A stretch of DNA of 60,097 bases, counting the filler, from Sphacelaria rigidula (taxonomy: Eukaryota): NCBI GenBank assembly GCA_964200075.2. It is 8 parts of 8 records of this genome, joined end to end, with 100 filler letters (N's around TTAATTAATTAA, not from the genome) between each part and the next. Parts side by side here need not be neighbours in the genome. Positions count along the whole stretch, not along the records: positions 45,150 to 52,573 come from CAXNAA020014989.1; positions 52,674 to 60,097 come from CAXNAA020014990.1; 6 more parts are not named here. One strand, given 5' to 3'. Below, one piece after another: positions 50,785 to 60,097 of this stretch; position 1 is the first letter of the stretch; every line of letters begins with the position of its first letter. The notes beneath the pieces were generated by a model. That model was not told the DNA's origin, searched no databases, and saw only the letters and a program-made list of their open reading frames with translations. A program made the translations under genes and the position numbers.

Positions 50785-51684
50785 TTCCAAACTTGATAGA
50801 ACCGCCTTCATCATCCACGGGTGAACGATGTTGGCCACATCTCTGGCATGGGGACGTTTTTTACCGTGGGTGATGTCTCGTAACAGTCGAGAGTTGTAGA
50901 AACTCTCACAAAACCGACTCTTTCCAACTCGATTGCTTCCTCCCATTCCCCTGCGTCCGTCCTGTGGGGTCTGGATTCCTCGCGCCTTAGTTTCCCTTTC
51001 GTCAGTTGAGAACGATATAACCTGGGCATCGGACCCTCGAAAGTGTGGATAGCCTTGCCCTGTCCCGTTGGCTCCAGAAAATAGGCGCCGGTCCGCCCCA
51101 ATAGCTAGCTGACCCAACGTGGGGCAAGTAACGGCGTACGCTTCCACTCGCTGCTTCCACGCTCACAGTTGCCGTTCCCTCCGACAATCAGCTTTCAAGG
51201 CGACCACATAGGCCCGCCTCTTCCGATATGGTGCACCCACCTGCACGGCTGAGACTGAGGCTTGCTTGGTGAGACAACCAGCTCCGCTTAACGACGGAGC
51301 AACGAGCTCCTTTCAACCAGAAGAGCTCACCATTACAGCAGTACGCTCCAAGACCAGCGTTGTCACAGAGGTTGATGAGAGGAATGACTCCACCAACTCT
51401 TTGGCGACGCTGGCTAGTTCCGACTCCGGCGCGACCCGTTCGAGTGGCGCAACCCGACTTGTATCCCCTACCAACACCTCTGGTTGCACTTTTTCCACGA
51501 GGTTGCGGAAAGAACGGCGCCTCGAACTCGTGCCTACCGACCTGACTCCCTTTCCAATCTGATTTACTCTAACACAATCCAACGCCTTCGAATCCGCATC
51601 AGTGGTCGCTATCACCTCCCAGAACTCTTCGGCAGCCAGAATACTTCCTCCGCCCCCACAATGGACAGCCAGGGCTGTGAACCG
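50785..51684 (-). pseudogene. C5 cytosine-specific DNA methyltransferase-like domain embedded in Gypsy pol (disrupted by stops/frameshifts)
   Basis: Motifs occur in canonical order over ~300 aa. Motif I FTALAVHCGGGG; II-III EVIATTDADSKALDCVRVN; IV-like PEVLVGDTSR; VI-like TLVLERT; VII-VIII LSGAGC..QASVSAVQVGAPYRKRRAYVVALK; IX-like AIELERVGFVRVST; X ANIVHPWMMKAVLSSL. Confidence 0.72.
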
Positions 51685-52673
51685 TTGCTTCGCCCGTCCT
51701 GGTAACGTATATTCGGAATCATCGATGATCGTGTCTACTGTTTCCGGTGGATGCAAGGCGCTGACCTCCTCCAACGCAAGTGTCATGATGTTCGCGGTTC
51801 CTTCCGGATACTCAGCCTCCAGTTCCTTCAGAGGCACTCCATCTAGTTTAGGTCCTCGCGGTCTTCCCTCTCCACCTGGTCCGACTTCAGTGCTATCGTC
51901 AGGGAAGGACACGTCAATGCCATCTCCCCTGTCTTGGCTCCTTTGCAGCCGGGATAGGGCATCCGGCTCTTCATTTGAGGACCATGTCACACTCCATCAA
52001 CCTCAACGTCCACCGATGGAAGTTGGGAGACAAGTTTTGACTGCGAAACAGCCATGTCAACGCGCTACAGTCCGCGGCCGGCGTGAACTCTCGCTCCCAT
52101 AGATACGGTCTAAATCGCCCTACTGACCACAAAATAGCAACAACCTCTCTTTCTCTGTTGCTGCCCTATCTTCGTCCACCTGAGACCATCTATGACTAGC
52201 ATACTCGATGATCCATTCCCTCTCATTCGCCTCTTGAGCCCAGGCCGCCCCTGCTGCGTACTCTGAGGCGTCGGAGTGTAGCACGAGTCGCTCATTCCAA
52301 TCTGGGTATACCAAGATTGGATACGACATCAAAGCACCCTTCAAGTCCACGAATGTTTGTCGTTGTTGGGGCCCCCAGGGAATTGTCATCCTCCACGCTC
52401 GCTCGGTGACGAACCGTTTGTCTTGCAATAAATCAGTGAGAGGCGCCGCCATTTTGCTGTACCCCTGAGTGATGCTACGGTAGGGGTGCACAAATATTTT
52501 CTGAGATTAGAATTGTTAGGAGTCCTTCATCTCATGTAAAACACCACCTATGAAAATATGTGAAAGTACGCCANNNNNNNNNNNNNNNNNNNNNNNNNNN
52601 NNNNNNNNNNNNNNNNNTTAATTAATTAANNNNNNNNNNNNNNNNNNNNNNNNNNNNNNNNNNNNNNNNNNNN

Positions 52674-52719
<46 letters not shown>

Positions 52720-54169
52720 ACTGTGGTACTGTTATGGGTGGGAATGGGGGCCGATTTCGGGTACTATATTTCGGGAAATTGCACTCCGAACGCTACATGC
52801 GTAAGGACCGAACTGGATCGTAATCGCGCGATTCATATCAATCAAAAATACACGCGTCACCTGGAAATGACGACCGCGCTCACACAAAATATACTATTAT
52901 TGTAGTACACTGTTCAACAAAACCTTTGACTGACGTTGCTGTACACCTGCGCACAAGGTCACACCGACAGGAGGATAGAAACTGCTACTCGTGTTGTTGT
53001 TGTGCCCCTCTTGTCGCGGTATGTTGTTATGCCGATCGCGCAGTGCTTACGTCTCGGCAACGAAGCAGAGGATAGGACTGCGGTTTCTTGTGTGCGCTTC
53101 CCACACATACAAGCTAGGTCACCGAGTGACTTTTTTTGGTTTGCGCGTGATACTAACCCGCAACAAACCCAAATATACAAAATTAAGGTGTTTTCGGCTT
53201 TGGGGAGGGGGCGGGGGGGGGGGGTTCCGGTCCGCTGTCGCAACTTGTGCAACATGTGTAATCAAATTCCCTAGCTGTTGTATGTATGTGGGGGGGCTGT
53301 GAAGTGCCGTGGGTCGGCTTGCCTCCTGTGTCGAGAACCGTGCGATCTCAAGTGCTACAGCTGTCCCATACTAAACCGAGTTAATAAGCGATGAAGCATG
53401 TGTTCTGTTCGTGAGGGCCTCGGCACAGGTGCGACCACCTACTGGTGTGTTCATTTTTCCTCCGTGTTTTTTTATTATTTTCCGTTTCGGGATGATTTTT
53501 GGTCGTAAGGCCCCCCATTTCCACCCATAACTGTGTACGATACCTCCCGATTCTCTGCCGCCTACAGGTACCACACCTCCATCGCAACATACGATGTATA
53601 GAGCATATTATACTCTTTAGAAGTAGGGTAGGGAAGTCACAAGTGAACATGCAGTGCACATACGATGATACTACTTGTGAATATATGACGTCATGATTTT
53701 ACGTTTTCGGAACGGTTGCATGTTGTAAGGATCCGCGGTATGTGTGGACAAAGGTTCACGAGTTTCGTTGGTGTGGTGTTGGTACTTATGGTTGTCCCTC
53801 TCATGGACATGAGCGCTTACAGTACTCTTGTGCGTTGGTGAGATGTGCTTATACCCTGGACATCAGACTATGTAATGGAACACTGTCGCTGTAATAGCCC
53901 TGAAAATTTGACGGTCAATGTTCGCTGTCACACTGGAATCTGAATCGCAGCTACCAATATATATTGCCGGTCACATTAGAAGCTGAATGGGGTCGATCAT
54001 TAGCTATGTATGCACACTTTTCGGTGGATGTTTTCACCTTATTCCACAGCAGCTACGACCAGCTATCGCCTCAGGTAGTTGCGTGTTCATGTGTAAGGGG
54101 TATTGCCGTTGATGTCATAAGACCGCCGCGGTGAACAATGTATTCATCAAAACCTACCGTTGGCGTCAC

Positions 54170-54420
54170 TGGTTATCGATAGATGTTCCCTTTAACAGTC
54201 GATTGTTGACGGCAATTACTATATTGATAGATACCCCGAGATCCATCGATGGCGGCAGAGGCTATCGATAGATCGTTCACCAAATCTAGTGATGACAGCG
54301 AAGGCTACCGATAGATGGCTCACCAAATCCATTGGTGACAGCGAAGGCTATCGATAGACGGCTCACCAAATCTATTGATGACGGCAAATGACTGATCAAT
54401 GAATACATCCCAGGATCAAT
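54170..54420. repeat. Degenerate tandem repeat built on an ATCGATAGA / CACCAAATC unit
   Basis: GGCTATCGATAGA..G.TCACCAAATC.A.TG.TGAC.GC is repeated ~3-4 times. Confidence 0.7.
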
Positions 54421-55170
54421 CGTGGTATACGATGTCCCTCGATGGCCAGTGATCTTCATCTGCTGTAATTGCCATAAACCATTAATCGACTCTTGCGCCA
54501 TCCATTGTCCCTTGTAATACATATTAATATATGTGTTTCGCCACCTATTGTATTCTAGAGCATACATCGATAGGTTTTACTCCGCGTCTATGACTGAAGC
54601 AATGGACTACTATTCTGTCCACTGTCCGAGTGTGGATACTTTCCTCAACTTGCCTTCAGCTAGTACTTTCGTCTGTTTACCCTGGGTATGTCTTGCTGCG
54701 TCCCGTAACCAACGCCGGATACCTATCGGATCAGTATATTGACTCATCGATCAGTCGAGAGCTGCGTTCCTCAGCAGCGTGAGCAATGGCGAGGTCACGT
54801 AGTAACATCTGAAATATTACACAAAGATACACAGAACACCAATCTGAGAACAAAACACGTGTAAGCGCAGCCGTGCACATGCAAACTGTTGCTGTTACGT
54901 GAACCCTTGCAGGTGCATGAAAAGAACTCTACATAATACATGGAACCCCTGCACAGTTCGCACCTGCAAGTACAACAATTGCGCCGAAGGTTTTCAGTGT
55001 AAAGCAATACCATGTGACCACGCCAAACAACATGACGACACCCGAAGACGAGAAAAAGACACTTTACCCTAAATGTCTACAGGACTGCCTGCACCAAGAC
55101 AACAGCCACCGACAAGCGCGCCCAACCAGGCAGTAGAATGCAAAAAAAGAGAACCTTGGAGCATGCTCAC

Positions 55171-58100
55171 CTGGCAAGTGGCGGCCTGTCCTGGATCCGG
55201 TGCGCATACGTGCAGCTTTCATCGGTAAGCCTGGCGAACGATCGCAGAGGCTCAGGCCACCGCTCCCCTGGCCGCTCGCCCCCTTTACCGTGGGGGTTTT
55301 CTCCCTCCTCTGTCAGCTGCTTCACAAACCAGTAGCCGGTCTCCCGGGCGCTGTCGAGAAAGCCCCATGAGAATCGAATGCGATCTCCGTAGACCACGCT
55401 CATCGACCCCGGATTCGCCCGCTCTTTGTCCTCGAACAATGGTCGTAGCTCCGCCGCTGCCGACCCTGCCCTCAAATTCACGACACCACGATAGCACACC
55501 TCGCCACCATACCGAGGAGCCGCCGCCGCCGCCGCGCCCATTGAACTGCTGTTGCTACCGTCGCATCCATGCGTTACGATGCCTCGTGCAGGATCTGCGG
55601 CAGCCGCGGCGGCAGCGGCGGATACCGCGGGCCTACACACGGAGTGGATGCCGTCAGCACCGACTAGCACGCGACAGCGACGTTTCTCTGCAGGGATGGC
55701 ATCTCCTGTTGCTTTGCTCGCCATCGCCTCATTCACCGCCTCCGCCGACGGATTGAGAGATCTGAGTGAGCTTGAAGATTTCGTGACATACGCCATTGCC
55801 GCCGGCGCCACTGCCGCAGATTTTTCTCCGAGGGTGAAAATCTGCTGTTCCGCGCGAGTCACCCGGACGCCCCGATGAACCTTCTTCGCCGGTACGAGCG
55901 GTATCAGGGACGACATTAACGCCTCCCGTCCCACCAGCTGAAACGCTTCTCCTTCGCCCTCCACGACGGCATCCATATCCACCTTCGTCAGCACCTCCTC
56001 CGGCGCCGACATGCTGCTGCTGACGCTGCTGATACCACCGCTGCTGCCCGCAGCATCTACTGGACTGGAACTAGACGCAGCTAGTAACGGTTCTTCCTTT
56101 TGCTTCTTGTCCACAACCTTGGCCATTCGTACCAAATGTACTGGGTACGTCTTGCGTCCCCAGAAATCGGTTACGTCAACGAAACCGCCGTCGTCGGACT
56201 CTGCAGATCCCATCCTCAGCTCTTTTAGGATCTTTGTCGCCGCCGGCCACAGCGCCAGGTCTGCTCCGCCATCGACCTCACCGCCGGGACTTTTCTCCAA
56301 CACCTGGTCGTTGTACACATGCAACGAAACGACGAAGTACGCGTACGTAATATCGCATCAGTATTTATCTTCATGTGGCTCAACAGATTTTTCGGTGGTC
56401 AGCACCTACCTTGCACGCACCCCCGTACGACACTCACCAGATCATAGATCACCTGGCGGGGAAAAATTACTACGACAGGGCACAATGTGCAGCTACAGGT
56501 GCATCAAACAAGATCTCCCTTCTTCAGGCAGGCCGTAGGCTCACGGCCAACACTCTCGCGACTGTGGTACAGCCAAGCATGTACACCAAGCTGTCCGTGT
56601 ATACGCCACAATCGCATCAGCCCTAGTTCTCGTAAATATTCCCCCGCCTCCCTCCTCATCACTCGCTTCTTTCAAGGCTTTCATCAATGACATTATAGTA
56701 GCAGTAGAAGCAGCAAAGAAGGGAGTCAAGGTCGGGCAAGCTTCGGTATCGGGATTGATGTTTGCGGATGACTTCGTGGGGGTGTCAGAGACAACAAAAG
56801 CGTTGCAGAAACAAATAGAGAAGGCGACAGAATACGCTAGGAAATGGAGATTGACAGCGAGTGTAAACAAATGCGTAGTAGTTGTATGTAACAGAAGATT
56901 AGGAGAACCCAACATAGTTCAAATGGAAGTGAAGAGAGTAGTAATTGCCGAACGTATACTAGTATACACACCTTCGTGTAGATATCTTGAACCAATGATC
57001 TTGGAATGCACTCATAGATGAAGTTATGGGCGAGGGTGAAGCACAGATAGACAAGATCGGCGTCATTTTAAGAGGCTCGCACCTTAATTTCAGGATTGAG
57101 AGATGTATTGTCATGAATGTGGTTGTATCGAAGCTAGAGTATCCAGGAAACGTTTGGGTTGGGAACGCGAAGACGGTGAAGCAGCTGGGAACAGTACAGA
57201 TGATAACAGCTAAGAAATTCTTAATGCTTGAAGATTATGAGTCATACCATATCGGTATTGAGAGCAGAAGTGGGAAGAGATGCCCCCACCTTAAACGAGT
57301 GGAGACACGAAAAACTCGAAATGGCAATATAACGTGAAGAACACGCCAAGAAAGAGACTGCTAGCCATAGTGGATGACGCCGTATGGAAAAAAAGTAACG
57401 AAATGGCAGGCTGGAACAATATGGCATAGCGTAGTCGACAGAGTATGGAAGAATCAGGAGGAAATCAAGACAAGATAAAGTTCATAGGTGAGTGTGGGGG
57501 GTACAACACAAAAGTAAGAGACATGATCGAAATGAGGGGGGGGGGAGGCGCGAAGACGGCATGTGGACAGGGAAAAGCACCTGAAAACATGCGGGGGGTT
57601 CAAGAGGGGATCGAAATGAAAACATATCTGCACGGCCCAATAGACTACGCAGAATAGTTGAAAGTGCGATAGACAGGTGGGGAATCTTGACCTGCCAGGA
57701 AGAAGAAAGAGCTATACCAGCAGTCGGGCGGAGGAGGAAGTAGATGCACATAGTTGCCCCTGTGGCAAAGCAAGAGAGAGTAGAACTCACACAGTAGGGA
57801 AATGTGGACTACACAAGGAGAAACGAGACGTGTTGGAGGGGAAGTGTAGAATGTAAACGAAGGTGGTACGAAATCGTTTGATACATTAGATAGTAGCGAG
57901 AGAACCATCACTATTCTAGAAGATGGATGGTGGCCACCGACGGCGAAACCGGAAGAGGATAAGATATGTAGAGGGTGTTGCTCCAACATGTTCAGGGTCA
58001 ATGCATACTATCGAAAGAAGCTCAACATGTCTCAAAACCTACTCGTGCTCCTCGAACGCCTTCTTCTCGCGTCACCTGAAACGGAAGACCGAGCTCTTGC

Positions 58101-60054
58101 AAGCACCCGGCGAGGACAAGCCCACCGATCCCGCCGCCAGCAATGACAACTCCCTCGTCATACCCACCTGCCGCCGCTTCTTCCACCGCCGGCTGCGGCT
58201 TCGGGGGCGGGCTCCGCACGAGGAAGGTGTACACAAAGGGAATCAAGGGCAAGCAGGACACGAGAAGCGAACTAGACCACAAGAGGCCACCGACACATTT
58301 CAGCCAGGCGGCTACGACGCCAATGCTGACACCGGCGCTAGCACCGGAGCTTCCTTCCGATACGGCGGTCGCCGCCGACGAACACGCGGCAAAAAGCTCC
58401 CGTAACACGATGTCGGCGAATACGGCGAGGACCACTCCTGGCGCGTGTTTGATGCACCGCAGCACCAGCCCTTCGAGGTGGTATGGTCGCTGTGTACCGC
58501 GGCTTTTGGGATTGAACGACGGGTTAAACGCGAGCGCGATGGACAATCCCTCGGGGGCGGTCATCAGCACGGCGACGAGGGTGGTGGCGTGGCAAAGGCC
58601 CATCAAGTAGATGCCGATTGCCGACAGGTAGGCCAGGATGTTGCAGGCACCCAACATTCTGAGTGTGGTAGTTGAGGATAAAAGGTAGCAGCACGTCGGA
58701 GGGGAGGGGGTGTTTATGGTTCTGCATGCCATGAACATAAGACTACTGACCTCGCATAACTACAAAGCCGGGACGGCTATTCGCCGGACCGAGCTCACAC
58801 TCACCAAGCGCGAAGTGCCGTGATGTATCTCCGGCGAGTCGCATGAAGAGCGGACTGCACCCTAATGATACTGGTTTTGTTCGGCCCGAAGCGTTCTGAC
58901 CATCTTGCAAGCGGATGAGAGCCTCGAATGAGTTGCTTCATTTCCTGATATCGCCACTTTCGGAGACGGTCACGGGATACGCTGCCCAATAGGTATCTCG
59001 CCATTTGAACACTACAAAGTGCTATCGTCCCCTTTGCGCGGAGTTGAGGTTCTCTGCCCCGCACAGCATGATCCAACTCGACCATCATGATGGTAACCGA
59101 ACACACGAAACACAAATTGACAAGAAAAAAAAAAAAGTAGCGTGGTTGCCTGTACGCCACGAGTGGCGTGTCTTTCAGCGTCGTTGCGAACCGACGCCAA
59201 CCCTCAACGTTTGAGGGGGGCCTCGGACAGGGGGGCGATTGAGGCAGCAAGTTCGCCGGTACACTGGTCGACGTACTCGCACCCACCTATTACAGTACCT
59301 GACAAATGCGAGCCTTTCGCATTCAAAAGCTATCGCTCGGCGGCTACAACTTCGACAACCTATGCACTCAAGTTCTACTCGTGTAGTCATCATTGGAACC
59401 GAAGAGTCTTTATTTCTACCTCGTTTCCCAAAGTAAGCCCCCTGCATGGATCAACTCGTCCACTACATGAACTACGACCGCAACCCGTGCTGTCCCAACA
59501 CTACAACGCGCAATCCAACACATGCACACACCTCGCACTGGCTTCCTCGCCGAACAAAACAGGTACGGTGTACTTCCCGCCTAGCCAGTCCGCCCGGCGA
59601 TCGGCCATGTTCAGCGCCAGGAACAGGGACACCTTCAGAAAGAACGCCGGCACCACCAGCACGGCAAGACTGCGGAGTAACATCACCACCGCCGGCATGG
59701 ACCACCGCCCCTCCCCTTCCCCCCGATCAACAACGACCGGCTGGACAAGCGCCGCAAACACCGGCAAAAAAATGTTGGTCGCTGCTGACGCCAACAGCTC
59801 CCCCAAGCCCCGATGATTCAGCTTGAACGGCGGCGCGCTGTACTGGTGCGCGATGGCGATAAGAACGAAGCCAACAGGCCAGCACGGTTGGGGTAAGACG
59901 CCGAGCAAGAGTGCTGTTGAGATTGCCAAGGCGCCGTAGCCCAGAGAGAAGCACTGCCTCGGCGTGATTTGGCCCGTGATAAGCACTTTGGATCCCCCCG
60001 TGAGCGGCCCTGCGTGTACGTTCAGCCTGTCGGAGTGCAAGTCATAGTATTCCC
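55171..60054 (-). CDS. UbiA-family (MenA/UBIAD1-like) prenyltransferase fused to an FAD-dependent monooxygenase (partial; exons 59532-60054, 58076-58658, 55171-56303)
   Basis: Phase-consistent GT-AG joins (AG+A = R; PFQ/VLEK). UbiA motifs: EYYDLHSD, LTGGSKVL, YSAPPFKLNHRGLGE, LNMADRRADWLGGKYTVPVLFG. FMO motifs: VVIAGGGIGGLVLAGCLQELG...VLEK, GADLALWPAATKIL, VLVGADGIHSVCR, YRG. The GD motif exon was not found in the contig. Confidence 0.85.
56640..57960 (+). mobile_element. Decayed LINE ORF2 3' half (RT + CCHC knuckle) inside an intron of the prenyltransferase-monooxygenase gene, antisense to it
   Basis: FINDIIVAVEAAKKGV..SGLMFADDFVGVSET..LQKQI....ARKWRLTASVNKC, with downstream SCPCGKARESRTHTVGKC. 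There are multiple frameshifts. Confidence 0.85.
58800..59190 (-). repeat. Intronic copy of the repeat family also at 15900-16420, 37860-38480 and 45150-45320
   Basis: Shared motifs GGCGAGTCGCATGAAGAG, AATGAGTTGCTTCATTT.CTG.TATCGCCA.TTTC and CCATTTGAACACTAC. Confidence 0.7.
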
Positions 60055-60097
60055 CTTTGTTTTCGTGTGCGCGCGTGGGAGGGGGCGGAGGACGGGG

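Larger units (their letters stand above)
48064..52491 (-). mobile_element. Ty3/Gypsy LTR retrotransposon, 5'-truncated, decayed pol: RT connection - RNase H - C5-MTase-like - integrase - chromo-like - Tudor-like
   Basis: RT connection/RNase H: YSKMAAPLTDLL..IPWGPQQ..F..LK, LHSDASEYAAGA, YASHRWS..ATEKE, PDALSR. Integrase: GHAGV..YEWPGL..KYVLSCGC, VDRATKFP, LRSD.G.EFTS, TPFKLLF, WTGPWTV. PPT and LTR follow downstream. Confidence 0.92.

Noticed and set aside
54170-54420. CRISPR-like repeat-spacer array (also considered for 48440-48680 and 22680-23130)
   Set aside because: The units are degenerate tandem copies without unique spacers. The context is eukaryotic and there are no cas genes.
52674-55170. 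Downstream monooxygenase exon containing the GDAxH motif
   Set aside because: No such minus-strand exon was found by eye. It probably lies beyond the contig end, so it was not annotated.
45150-60097. Functional cluster linking the Gypsy-DNMT element with the prenyltransferase-monooxygenase gene
   Set aside because: They lie on different contigs joined by an artificial spacer.

Overview
Repeat-rich, intron-rich eukaryotic DNA, most likely from a brown alga or related stramenopile. This is inferred from GC-rich exons in kb-long GT-AG introns, CCCTAA telomeric motifs and a heavy LINE/MITE load. The window is not one locus. It is eight contigs of 7,424-7,426 bp joined by identical 100-nt N44-TTAATTAATTAA-N44 spacers, so nothing should be linked across gaps. 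Host gene content: five phase-consistent exons of a mitochondrial TIM44 gene (30735-36411, minus); three exons of a MenA/UBIAD1-like UbiA prenyltransferase fused in frame to an FAD-dependent monooxygenase (55171-60054, minus); one MFS-transporter-like exon; and a few orphan exons. The rest is mostly transposon-derived: RTE-like and other LINE fragments, tRNA-derived SINEs, several MITE/foldback families and two Ty3/Gypsy remnants. The most striking element is the Gypsy retrotransposon at 48064-52491 (minus). Its decayed pol carries a full-length C5 cytosine DNA-methyltransferase-like domain between RNase H and integrase, and the integrase ends in chromo-like and Tudor-like domains. All domain calls come from manual motif reading; no database searches were run.
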